Below are positions 10,149 to 19,805 of a stretch of DNA of 64,000 nucleotides, piece by piece. Source of the stretch: a bacterium (lineage in GTDB: Bacteria; Zhuqueibacterota; Zhuqueibacteria; Residuimicrobiales; Krinioviventaceae); assembly GCA_963693055.1 (NCBI GenBank), contig OY843751.1:3552001-3616000 (forward strand), written 5' to 3'. Below the pieces are notes generated by a model. That model saw only the letters and a program-made list of their open reading frames with translations, had not been told where the DNA came from and made no database searches. The position numbers and the translations under genes were made by a program. Position 1 is the stretch's first letter, and every line of letters begins with the position of its first letter.

Positions 10149-10208
10149 TGAAATAAAACCAACCGGAAAATGTTTTCCGAAATAACTAACCTAATTAAGG
10201 GAGGGAGT

Positions 10209-11699
10209 ATGCGTCGTTTAACAGCGATAGTAACCCTGACATTAACAATCTTGTTCTTATCATCCCAAATATTTGCCACAGGCCTTGATCTGACTGGTGT
10301 TGGCGCACGCGCACAAGCATTGGGTGGCAATTACCGAGCAGTCTCTGATGACTGGAGCGCAATGCATTGGAATCCAGCCGGGATGGCTTTTACCCAGGGT
10401 TTTACAGCAGGATTCAGTTCAGAACTGATCAAAGTTAACGTTGGTTACACCCCGGCACAGATAGCAGGCATGCAGTTTAGTACAATAAATACTAGTGAAA
10501 CTAATAATGAACCCAAAACCTTTTTTGTTCCTTCCGGTGGCCTCTATTACAGCGATGGCAAAAAAGCCTTTGGTTTGGGTATTTGGGCTCCCTTTGGTCT
10601 TGGCGCAAAATGGGATGTAATGAACACTATGGATTATAACTCTAATTATCCCGAATTTGACTATGATGATGACTTGATGGTTATCAACATTCAACCTACA
10701 TTTGCTTACAAATTAAACGATAAACTTTCTCTCGGTTTGGGTGTTGGTTTTGTAATGGCTGATATTATGATCCAAAAACCTAATTTCACTCCTAATCCAT
10801 ATATTTTCAACGAAACTCTAAACGCAACAGTAACTGGTAATGCTATACTTTACAATGGATTAAACAATGCAGGTGCTTTTAATCCTGCTTACAATCATTT
10901 GATTACAGATACCAACCTGAATGGTAGTGGTTTTGGATACAGCATTAATGCCGGTTTGATGTTTAAACCCTCCGAAACCTTATCAATTGGCGCATCTGTA
11001 CAATACTATTCTACAATAACTTTGGATGGAACTGTTGACGCAACTGCGTATTTTGCTGACAACGAAGCAGTTCATACAATTGTTGATTATTGGATTGCGC
11101 CACAAATTGCTCAAGATCCTTCTTTATCTGCTACAGAAAAATTGGTTATTTCCAATTTCTATTCCGGTGGAAGCATAGCTAAAGCAAACGAAAATGATGT
11201 AACTGCTGAAATGCCATTACCTCTCAAATTAGGTTTGGGCATTTCCTGGACTGGTATTCCAAACTTGCTTCTTTGTGCCGATGTAGCACTTACACAATGG
11301 TCAGTATGGGACAGAATTGAAATTAAAGATGAAGACGGTAACTTGTTCAGTGAACTGGTTGAAGAGTGGGAAAACACTATTCGCTTTGGATTAGGCGGAG
11401 AATACAATTTTGGTATGCTGGTAGCACGGGGAGCATGGTACACTGAACCCAATGCTGCAGTTGATGAAACCATGACACTGAGTATTCCTGACTTTAACAA
11501 ACGTAATGTTTTAATGGGAGGTATTGGATTGCCTTTGGGTCCTGTTACTTTGCATGCTAGTTATGAAAAAATTATGGTTGGTGACAAAGAGGTTTCTGAC
11601 TGGAATTATGATGCTGCATCAAGCGGTTATCATAACCTTGCTGGTAGTTTTAATATGAACATTGATATAATCATGTTTGGCCTGGATTACAATTTTTAG
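10209..11699 (+). CDS. fadL: OmpP1/FadL/TodX-family outer-membrane transporter for hydrophobic compounds (long-chain fatty acids)
   Basis: ATG 10209 after GGAGGGAG; signal peptide; GARAQALGG..DWSAMHWNPAGM hatch motif; APFGL; INIQPTFAYKLNDKLSLGLG; C-terminal Phe. Confidence 0.85.
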   Translation: MRRLTAIVTLTLTILFLSSQIFATGLDLTGVGARAQALGGNYRAVSDDWSAMHWNPAGMAFTQGFTAGFSSELIKVNVGYTPAQIAGMQFSTINTSETNNEPKTFFVPSGGLYYSDGKKAFGLGIWAPFGLGAKWDVMNTMDYNSNYPEFDYDDDLMVINIQPTFAYKLNDKLSLGLGVGFVMADIMIQKPNFTPNPYIFNETLNATVTGNAILYNGLNNAGAFNPAYNHLITDTNLNGSGFGYSINAGLMFKPSETLSIGASVQYYSTITLDGTVDATAYFADNEAVHTIVDYWIAPQIAQDPSLSATEKLVISNFYSGGSIAKANENDVTAEMPLPLKLGLGISWTGIPNLLLCADVALTQWSVWDRIEIKDEDGNLFSELVEEWENTIRFGLGGEYNFGMLVARGAWYTEPNAAVDETMTLSIPDFNKRNVLMGGIGLPLGPVTLHASYEKIMVGDKEVSDWNYDAASSGYHNLAGSFNMNIDIIMFGLDYNF

Positions 11700-11774
11700 T
11701 TTTTTTATTTGGAATAATGTAGTATATTTATAAGTTTTTATCATCAGGGTTCCCAACCAAAAAATGGGACCCTG

Positions 11775-12617
11775 ATGAATAATAATAAATTCCGAATAAA
11801 AATGATTTGTAAAAAAACTGTATTACTCTTATCAATATTACTACTCTTCTTTTGGTTCTCTTGCGATACGGATCCCGGCCTTGAACCCACTGCCAGCGGT
11901 ATACATGGAACCGTTTTTTTTGAAAATGACTGGCCTGAAAATACAGACGAAATCATTGTTGTAGCTTCTCTTAAATTTCCACCAACTTCTATTACTGATA
12001 TTATTCTTAGCGATCCGCTTCCTTTAAATGTGGATTCGGCAGAATATACTATTTATACGGATCCTATGGATTTTGCTGCTATTGGTGTGGTTTGGAAAGA
12101 AAAAGACCAACCCTGGGATGTTACCAATATCATTGGCATCTATTTTCCCACTGAAAACAAATTTTCTCCCGGTACAGTAACAATCCCTAATAAAAACACA
12201 ATTCTGGATTCCATAGATATCAATGCAGATTTATCAAAAGCCAAGCCAGCAGTAGAAAGTGAAATTCGGGGAACGTTGAGAGTAACAGGTGATTGGCCGC
12301 AAGGTGCTACATCAGCACTGGTAGTTGCGTCGGTCCCTCTCCTCCCCTCAGGTTTGATGGATATTACCCTGGGCATTCCCATTGAAGCGGGATTCGATTC
12401 CACAGCATACTCTTTTTCAGTACAACCCGGTACGTATAGGCTTTTGGGAGTGTTGGTTTTGGTTAAAGGAGAGCAAGTAGGTATTAACAGTATCCGTGGA
12501 CTGTATTACCAAAATCCGGGTGATGCTTTTCCCGGTTCTGTTCGAATTGCATCCGAAACATCCGTCATTGAAAACATTGATATAGATGTTAACTTTAACG
12601 AACCTGTATTTCCATAA
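11775..12617 (+). CDS. Uncharacterised lipoprotein with two tandem ~120-aa beta-rich repeats
   Basis: Lipobox-like FFWFSC; repeats SGIHGTV..DWP..VVAS..GIY..PGTVTI..IDINADL and SEIRGTL..DWP..VVAS..GLY..PGSVRI..IDIDVNF. Start may be ATG 11802. Confidence 0.65.
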   Translation: MNNNKFRIKMICKKTVLLLSILLLFFWFSCDTDPGLEPTASGIHGTVFFENDWPENTDEIIVVASLKFPPTSITDIILSDPLPLNVDSAEYTIYTDPMDFAAIGVVWKEKDQPWDVTNIIGIYFPTENKFSPGTVTIPNKNTILDSIDINADLSKAKPAVESEIRGTLRVTGDWPQGATSALVVASVPLLPSGLMDITLGIPIEAGFDSTAYSFSVQPGTYRLLGVLVLVKGEQVGINSIRGLYYQNPGDAFPGSVRIASETSVIENIDIDVNFNEPVFP

Positions 12618-12618
12618 T

Positions 12619-14766
12619 ATGAAGAATATTATAAAAAATATAATCCTGACAGTTCTGATACCGGTTATGATATACGCCCAAACATCCGGCAGCATTACAG
12701 GACAAGTCACAGATAAAACGAACGGTGGTCCCTTGCCAGCGGTTAACCTGATGTTAATGGGCACGGTATTGGGCACATCTACTGATGTTAATGGCAACTT
12801 TGAAATGGGAAAAATCCCACCCGGTTCATATCAGATTCGGGTTACCATGATGGGATACAAGCGCATCGATCAGAAAAATGTTATCGTCAAAGCCAACCAG
12901 ACGACCTCAATCAATTTCGAACTTGAAGAAACCATAATCGAGACTCCCGAAGTACTTATAACCGCGAATAAACGCCGTCAAAGCATTCAGGACGCCACCA
13001 ACAGTGTTGGAGTTATGACCGCCCGTGAGATGAAGCAAAAAAATGAAATCTATCTCGACAAAGTATTAGAAAATGTATCTGGTGTAAATTTTATAGGTTC
13101 GCAGATCAATATTCGCGGATCGTCAGGCTACAATTACGGTGCCGGCAGCCGGGTTTTGTTTTTGGTAGACGGTGTTCCGGTAATGCCCGGAGACAGCGGA
13201 GATATAAAATGGGACCTTATACCGGTTACTCAGATTGAACAGGTAGAGATCATCAAAGGTGCAGGTTCGGCATTATATGGTGCAAGTGCAATGGGTGGGG
13301 TTATCAATATTATCACCAAAAAAGGGACTGTCAAACCGGTCACCAACTTGCGCATGTCCAGTGGTATTTATGATCAGCCTCGTTTTGAAGAATGGAAATG
13401 GACAGACAGAACTTTACACTTTGACGATATCAATATTGACCACAGTCGCAGAGTAGGTAAATCTGACGTTTCCTTTTCTGTTGGACGTCAACAGAGTACC
13501 GGATATCGCCAAAACGGAGATTATCAACGCATTAACGCTTCTGCCAAAGTCCACACCATAATAAACGGGCAACACAATTTCACTATATCTTCAAATTTTG
13601 AAGGCGGAAAACGCGGCGCTGGTCTCATGTGGCGTAGTCAACGCCAGGCACTTGAAGTAGCACCGGAAGCTGTGGGTGACCTGATCCGCTCAGATAAATT
13701 TGGTCTCAATGCATTCCACAACTGGATTGCCAACAAGAATTTTAAACTAAAGACCCGTTTATCATACTTTCAGAATTTCTGGAAAAATTATTTTCACGAC
13801 AGTGATAACGCTTCTACTTCAAAACGATCAGGATTTGAAGTCCAGGGAGATTACCAGTTTAGCGACAACAACTCGATCACTTTTGGAACGGAAGAGTCCT
13901 GGGACCATGTGAATTCTGGTCTGGTAGGCGACCATGATCAATATGCCATTGCTTTTTATGTCCAAAATGAACGCAATTTGCTTCCAACTGTGATCTTGAC
14001 GCTGGGACTTCGATACGATTACCAGGACGTTGATATAGGTTTTACCGATTCTGAACTCAGTCCCAAAATTGGCATGGTATGGCATGCACAGCCTTTTGTT
14101 ACATTTCGGGGATCATCAGGAAGAGGCTTCAGGGCAGCCAGCATGTCTGAAAGATTTTCCGATTCCATCTATTCGGGTATAAGACTGGTACCAAACGAAA
14201 GCCTGAAATCCGAAACCGCATGGTCGCACGAGCTTGCAATGAATTTACATCCCTCCCCTTTTATCTTTATTGATATTGCGGGTTTCTGGAGCGACTATTG
14301 GGACCTGATAGAACCTGAACCGGATGAAACGCAAACCGTTCAGTTTATTAATGTGACCCGTGCAAGAATCAAAGGTATTGAAACTCATATCAAGTATATG
14401 CCCTGGTTTATCAAGGGATTAAACTTTGATATAGGTTATACCTATATGGATCCGCAGGACCTGGATATAAATGATGTTCTGGCTTATCGCTCAAGACATA
14501 TCGTAAATACATCAATCCTTTGGCAGCTTGGCTTTATGGAAGCCGGACTGGATTATATTTTTGTAGACAGGCTTGAGAATGTCAAAGTCTACCCCAATGA
14601 TGAACGGGTATCTCAAAAAACAATGAATGCGAGAATTGGGTTTCGTTATGGCAATTACTCGATATTTTTAAACGGTAACAATATATTGAACCATAACCAT
14701 ACTCAAATGGAAAGGACTTTATTACCAATCAGAAACTATGTTGTTGCCGTATCTACAAGTTTTTAA
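12619..14766 (+). CDS. TonB-dependent receptor with N-terminal carboxypeptidase-regulatory-like domain
   Basis: Signal peptide; GSITGQVTD..GTSTDVNGNF; plug INIRGS, LVDGVP, IEQVEIIKGAGSALYGASAMGGVINIITK; LKSETAWS; C-terminal Phe. Confidence 0.92.
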   Translation: MKNIIKNIILTVLIPVMIYAQTSGSITGQVTDKTNGGPLPAVNLMLMGTVLGTSTDVNGNFEMGKIPPGSYQIRVTMMGYKRIDQKNVIVKANQTTSINFELEETIIETPEVLITANKRRQSIQDATNSVGVMTAREMKQKNEIYLDKVLENVSGVNFIGSQINIRGSSGYNYGAGSRVLFLVDGVPVMPGDSGDIKWDLIPVTQIEQVEIIKGAGSALYGASAMGGVINIITKKGTVKPVTNLRMSSGIYDQPRFEEWKWTDRTLHFDDINIDHSRRVGKSDVSFSVGRQQSTGYRQNGDYQRINASAKVHTIINGQHNFTISSNFEGGKRGAGLMWRSQRQALEVAPEAVGDLIRSDKFGLNAFHNWIANKNFKLKTRLSYFQNFWKNYFHDSDNASTSKRSGFEVQGDYQFSDNNSITFGTEESWDHVNSGLVGDHDQYAIAFYVQNERNLLPTVILTLGLRYDYQDVDIGFTDSELSPKIGMVWHAQPFVTFRGSSGRGFRAASMSERFSDSIYSGIRLVPNESLKSETAWSHELAMNLHPSPFIFIDIAGFWSDYWDLIEPEPDETQTVQFINVTRARIKGIETHIKYMPWFIKGLNFDIGYTYMDPQDLDINDVLAYRSRHIVNTSILWQLGFMEAGLDYIFVDRLENVKVYPNDERVSQKTMNARIGFRYGNYSIFLNGNNILNHNHTQMERTLLPIRNYVVAVSTSF

Positions 14767-14867
14767 TTCATTTATTATGAAACAAGTGTAACATTTTATC
14801 GTATAATATATCTTGTACTCGGAAAAATCACAATTCCTATAAAGCTTTCACAAAGAAAGGAGCAATA

Positions 14868-16535
14868 ATGCGTAACCTATTAATTACAGGAGTAATCGTA
14901 GTGATGGGTTTAACTCTAGTTGGTTGCAGTAATGGTGTACCGGGAAAAGCCGATACAGCCCTGGTTGAAAAAGAACTGGCTAAACTGGCACCGGTAGATC
15001 TTGAATGCGATTTATCATCTCTATCTCAAAACGACAAAAAAGCCCTGGCAAAGTTGGTTGAAGCTGCTAAAGTTATGGACCAGCTATTTTTAATCCAGGT
15101 ATCACCCGAAAATCCTGAATTAAGAGCAGAACTGGTTAAAGATCCTTCTGCGCAAAAACATCTTGAACTGTTTGACATTATGTTTGGTCCCTGGAACCGA
15201 TTGGTAGAAGACGAACCCTTTATTGGTACCGAAGAAAAACCGGAAGGTGCTGGTTTTTATCCCGTGGATATGACCAAAGAAGATTTTGATGCAGCCGTTC
15301 AGGCAAACCCGGAATTAGCAGATGCATTTAAAAGCGAATTCACAATTATTGAAAAACAAAATGGTGAATTGGTACCTGTCCCCTATCATCAACATTATAA
15401 ACAACTGGTAGACAAGGCAAGTGCACTGTTAAAAGAAGCAGCAACTCTTACAGATGACGAAACATTAAAAACATTCCTCAATCTTCGTGCAGATGCATTA
15501 CTGACTGATGATTATTTCAAAAGTGACATGGCCTGGATGGACCTTGCCGGTGATCTTGAAATTGTAATCGGTCCGTATGAAGTGTATGAAGACGGAATTT
15601 TTAATTACAAAGCAGCTTACGAAGCATTCCTGTGTATTGTGGACCATGATGAAAGTGAAAAACTTGCCCATGTTGCCCAATATCTGAATGATATGGAAGC
15701 GTATTTACCTATCCCCAAAAAGTATAAAAACTTTGAGCGAGGTTCTTCTTCACCCATCAAGGTTGTGCAGGAAGTTTTCTCAGCGGGCGATACCAAAGCC
15801 GGCATTCAAACTACTGCTTTCAACCTGCCCAATGATGAACGTGTACGTGAAGCGAAAGGCTCTAAAAAAGTGATGTTGAAAAACATTGCTCGCGCAAAAT
15901 ATGACAAATGCTGGATCCCCATTGCAAATACAATTATTGCACCGGAAGCTCTGGAAAATGTATCTTTTGATGCCTATTTCAACCACGTTCTGATGCATGA
16001 AGTAAGTCATGGCCTGGGACCCGGAAACATTACACTTGCAGATGGCACAGAAACCTCTGTAGGTAAAGAACTCAAAGAACTGTATTCTACTATTGAAGAA
16101 TGTAAAGCAGATATCTTGGGTGTTTATTTTGTAAAATTCATGATCGACAAGGGTGTATTCACCAGCGATCTTGAAGATAGCATGTTCGCTACCTATCTGG
16201 GTGGAATGTTCCGTTCTATCCGTTTTGGTATTGACGAAGCCCATGGTGGTGGTGTAGCAATTCAATTTAACTATATGATTGAACAAGGTGCATTTTTTGA
16301 AGATGCAAACGGTAAATTAAATGTAGATGAAACCAAAGTAATTCCTGCTATTAAAAAACTGGCTACCCGTATTCTCACGCTCCAGGGTGAAGGCGATTAT
16401 GATGCAGCTAAAGCTTTGATCGATGAATACCGCAAAGTTACTCCACTTATGCAGCGTTTGATTGATGAATTAAAGGATGTACCGGTAGATATACGTCCGG
16501 CTTATCCGGTTTTGACTGAATTGGAAACAATGTAA
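14868..16535 (+). CDS. Peptidase M49 (dipeptidyl-peptidase III-like) lipoprotein, HEXXH-pentapeptide type
   Basis: Lipobox LVGC; AFNLPNDERVR..GSKKV; HEVSHGLG; EECKAD; RSIRFG..EAHG. Confidence 0.85.
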   Translation: MRNLLITGVIVVMGLTLVGCSNGVPGKADTALVEKELAKLAPVDLECDLSSLSQNDKKALAKLVEAAKVMDQLFLIQVSPENPELRAELVKDPSAQKHLELFDIMFGPWNRLVEDEPFIGTEEKPEGAGFYPVDMTKEDFDAAVQANPELADAFKSEFTIIEKQNGELVPVPYHQHYKQLVDKASALLKEAATLTDDETLKTFLNLRADALLTDDYFKSDMAWMDLAGDLEIVIGPYEVYEDGIFNYKAAYEAFLCIVDHDESEKLAHVAQYLNDMEAYLPIPKKYKNFERGSSSPIKVVQEVFSAGDTKAGIQTTAFNLPNDERVREAKGSKKVMLKNIARAKYDKCWIPIANTIIAPEALENVSFDAYFNHVLMHEVSHGLGPGNITLADGTETSVGKELKELYSTIEECKADILGVYFVKFMIDKGVFTSDLEDSMFATYLGGMFRSIRFGIDEAHGGGVAIQFNYMIEQGAFFEDANGKLNVDETKVIPAIKKLATRILTLQGEGDYDAAKALIDEYRKVTPLMQRLIDELKDVPVDIRPAYPVLTELETM

Positions 16536-16552
16536 GTATGAAAGGGACAGAT

Positions 16553-18439
16553 ATGAAAAAAATCATAGGGGTTCTTATGATCGCGATATCAATGCTGTTT
16601 GCAACAGCTACAGAAAACAAAGCCCAAACACGTGAACGTTCTGAAATTGAAGATAGTTTCAAGTGGCAACTGGAAGACATGTACGCATCAGTTGCGGATT
16701 GGAACAAAACCAAAGATGAGTTGGCTCAGGAAATTGATGTTCTGGCTTCTAAAAAAGGAACTTTGGCCAATTCCGCCAAAGACCTGGCTGACGCGTTAAA
16801 ATTATCAACAGACATTACCAAAGAGTTTTACAAACTCTATAGCTATGCCAGTATGAGTTATGATGAAGACACTGGTAATTCAGAAACCATGGCCTTGCGT
16901 CAGCAAATGCAACAACTGGGAACCCAGTTTGGCGCAAAAACATCATGGATTGAACCTGAAATTCTGTCGATGGATCCTGAAAAGGTCAAAAGTTTTATTG
17001 ACTCTGAAAAAGGACTAGAGACTTATAAATTCTATCTAAATGACTTGTTACGTCGTCAAAAGCATACACTTTCTGAAAAAGAAGAAACCATTCTGGCACA
17101 ATCTTCAATGATGGCTTCAACCCCGAACGATATTTATGGTGTATTCAGCAACTCTGAATTACCTTATCCTGAAGTTACTTTGAGCGATGGTACTACCGTA
17201 ACACTGAACAAATCCAACTATTCACTGTACCGTGCTTCTACAAACCGTGAAGATCGTGAAATAGTATTTGATGCTTTTTTTGGCGCATTGTCAAAATTCA
17301 AAAATACCTTTGGTACACAATTATATGGTGAAGTAAAAACCAACTTGTTCTATGCTCGTACTCGTGGATACAATTCCAGTCTTGAACGTGCATTGGACGC
17401 AAACAATATTCCTACAGATGTTTATCTGAAACTGATTGAAAATGTAAACAATAATCTGGACTCTTTTCACAGATACCTGAAACTGAAACAACGCATGCTG
17501 GGTGTAGACACCTTGAAATATTGTGATATTTATGCACCGGTAGTTGAAGGTTTGGATCTCAATTTTGATTACAACCAGGCACAGGACATGGTTTTGGCAT
17601 CTCTTGAACCCTTGGGTGATGAATACAAGAATGTTGTACGTAAGGCGTTTGATGAACGCTGGATCGATGTTTATCCTACTCCGGGAAAACGTTCAGGTGC
17701 ATATTCCAATGGTTCTGCATATGACATACATCCCTACATTTTACTCAACTATAACGGTAAATATGATGATGTCAGCACACTGATCCATGAACTGGGTCAT
17801 ACCATGCACAGCTATTATTCAAACCATGCACAACCTTTCGAAACCTCAGATTACTCTATCTTTGTTGCCGAAGTTGCTTCTACTTTTAACGAAGCGCTGT
17901 TGATTCATGATCAGCTTGAAAAGATCAAAGACGACAAAGTTAGATTGACCTTGTTAATGAACTACCTTGACGGTCTCAAAGGTACTGTTTTCCGTCAGGC
18001 TCAGTTTGCTGAATTTGAATTAAAAATCCATGAAGCGGTTGAAAACAATCAACCCCTTACTGGTGACACATTGACCAAAATGTATGCGGATATTGTTCGC
18101 AGATATTACGGACACGACAAGGGTGTTTGTATTGTAGATGATACATGGACTTCTGAATGGGCATATATTCCCCATTTCTATTACAATTTCTATGTATATC
18201 AGTACTCTACATCTTTTACTGCATCCACAGCATTGTCTGAAAAAGTTATCAATGGTGAAAAAGGTGCGGTTGAAAAATACCTTAAATTCATTTCTTCCGG
18301 TGGCAGCGATTATCCCATCAACCAACTCAAAGATGCGGGTGTAGACATGACCACATCCGATCCTTTTAACAAGACAATGGAAAAAATGAACAAAGTAATT
18401 GATGAGATTGAAGACATTTTGGCAAAAAATGTATTATAG
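16553..18439 (+). CDS. pepF: Oligoendopeptidase F (M3B) with signal peptide
   Basis: RWIDVYP..GKRSGAYS, HPYILLNY, HELGHTMHS, AEVASTFNE, IPHFYYNFYVYQY; ATG 16553 after AAAGGGA. Confidence 0.92.
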   Translation: MKKIIGVLMIAISMLFATATENKAQTRERSEIEDSFKWQLEDMYASVADWNKTKDELAQEIDVLASKKGTLANSAKDLADALKLSTDITKEFYKLYSYASMSYDEDTGNSETMALRQQMQQLGTQFGAKTSWIEPEILSMDPEKVKSFIDSEKGLETYKFYLNDLLRRQKHTLSEKEETILAQSSMMASTPNDIYGVFSNSELPYPEVTLSDGTTVTLNKSNYSLYRASTNREDREIVFDAFFGALSKFKNTFGTQLYGEVKTNLFYARTRGYNSSLERALDANNIPTDVYLKLIENVNNNLDSFHRYLKLKQRMLGVDTLKYCDIYAPVVEGLDLNFDYNQAQDMVLASLEPLGDEYKNVVRKAFDERWIDVYPTPGKRSGAYSNGSAYDIHPYILLNYNGKYDDVSTLIHELGHTMHSYYSNHAQPFETSDYSIFVAEVASTFNEALLIHDQLEKIKDDKVRLTLLMNYLDGLKGTVFRQAQFAEFELKIHEAVENNQPLTGDTLTKMYADIVRRYYGHDKGVCIVDDTWTSEWAYIPHFYYNFYVYQYSTSFTASTALSEKVINGEKGAVEKYLKFISSGGSDYPINQLKDAGVDMTTSDPFNKTMEKMNKVIDEIEDILAKNVL

Positions 18440-18444
18440 ATAAC

Positions 18445-18478
18445 AAAAAAGCCGGTTCATTCAGAACCGGCTTTTTTT
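18445..18478. terminator. Bidirectional intrinsic terminator between convergent pepF and methyltransferase genes
   Basis: A6-GCCGGTTC-attca-GAACCGGC-T7. Confidence 0.85.
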
Positions 18479-19614
18479 ATTTTCCGTGTACCCGAGTACA
18501 ATTCATATTCCAACAAACGACATTCTATAGGCCCATTATAAAAGATTTTTTTACTTTTTGTTTTAAGACCTACCTTTTTACCAAGATCCAGATTCCCTGT
18601 AAAAACATACCCCATATAACCGTGGCAGCTCTGTTTAAAAAAATCGCCAATTCCCTGGTAAACCGGTTCTAAACGCTTTTCTTCATTCAAACGTACACCA
18701 TATTCGGGATTTAGAATAACTATACCTTCATCACCGGGAACCTTGGTTTCACTATAATCGCAAACATCAAAAGTAAGCAAACGATGCACACCCGCAGTTT
18801 CAGCATTTCTTTGAGCAGCAAATATAGCATCTTTAGAAATATCACTGGCTATTATGGGAACATCCACTCCTTTTGATTGTTTTCTGCACGCAAGTCTTAC
18901 CTCTTTATAGATGTTTGCGTCATACGGTTTCAAGTGCATGAAACCAAAATTGGTGCGCAATAATCCGGGTGCCTTGTCAGCAGCTATCAAAGCCGCTTCA
19001 ATGGCAAGGGTACCGCTACCACACATGGGATTAACAAACGCACTCTCTCCTCTCCATCCTGTTGAAAGAATAAGCGCGGCTGCCAGACATTCCTGCATAG
19101 GCGCTTTGTAGGGCATTTTTCGATATCCACGTTTTGCCAGCGGTTCTCCGGAAGTATCCAAATAAATTGCGCCTTCATTTTCCCGCCAGTATAAAAACAA
19201 AACAGCTTTACTGCGGTCAGAACCCGAATCCGGGCGGCGGCCAAATTTTTCCTGCATGCGGTCTACTACTGCATCTTTGCATTTTAAATTGGCAAAACGT
19301 GTATCTCGTATATTTTCATTGCTCACCGATGATGTGATGCTGAAATATCCATGTTCAGACAAATAGTCTTCCCAGGGGACCTGTCTTATATGTTTATACA
19401 TGTCATCAGGAGTACGTGCATTGAAATCTTTTAAATGGTACAAGACACGCAATCCAGTTCGTAAATGAAAATTTAATTTTATCGTATCGTTGAATGTACC
19501 TTCGGTAAATACACCGAGCTGTTTTTCATCCAAAACCGGAAAACCGAGTTCTCTTATTTCTTCAGCTAGTACGCCGGAAATTCCTTTGGCACATGTTACC
19601 AGTATTTTTGCCAT
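18457..19614 (-). CDS. THUMP-domain class I SAM-dependent RNA methyltransferase (RlmL/YpsC-like, m2G)
   Basis: LDTSGEPLAKRGYR, APMQECLAAAL, NPMCGSGTLAIEAA, ILNPEYG, NGPIECRL. Confidence 0.88.
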   Translation of the reverse strand: MAKILVTCAKGISGVLAEEIRELGFPVLDEKQLGVFTEGTFNDTIKLNFHLRTGLRVLYHLKDFNARTPDDMYKHIRQVPWEDYLSEHGYFSITSSVSNENIRDTRFANLKCKDAVVDRMQEKFGRRPDSGSDRSKAVLFLYWRENEGAIYLDTSGEPLAKRGYRKMPYKAPMQECLAAALILSTGWRGESAFVNPMCGSGTLAIEAALIAADKAPGLLRTNFGFMHLKPYDANIYKEVRLACRKQSKGVDVPIIASDISKDAIFAAQRNAETAGVHRLLTFDVCDYSETKVPGDEGIVILNPEYGVRLNEEKRLEPVYQGIGDFFKQSCHGYMGYVFTGNLDLGKKVGLKTKSKKIFYNGPIECRLLEYELYSGTRKIKKAGSE

Positions 19615-19700
19615 ATTCTAAATAAATTCCTGTTTTATAATTCTCGAATATGAATATACTCTTTTTATGTCAATTAATCACGGATTAATTAAGAATACAT

Positions 19701-19727
19701 AAAAAAAGCCCGGTTTATACGGGCTTT
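19701..19727 (-). terminator. Intrinsic terminator closing the 44-kb minus-strand pectin locus
   Basis: Minus strand AAAGCCCG-tataaac-CGGGC-T7. Confidence 0.8.
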
Positions 19728-19805
19728 AATCAAATATGTTTTGATCAAAAAAACGAACCAGCGCAATAATGAATAACCAGCTAATTTAATCAGAAATTAA
19801 ACATT

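Noticed and set aside
11741-11800. Cobalamin riboswitch or hammerhead (CTGATGA) upstream of the TonB receptor unit
   Set aside because: Too short, with no B12 box and no correctly placed GAAA or stem II.
18457-19614. NPMCGSG/NPEY deviations as a sign of an inactive methyltransferase
   Set aside because: The ORF is intact with all other motifs; single substitutions are not enough to claim loss of function.
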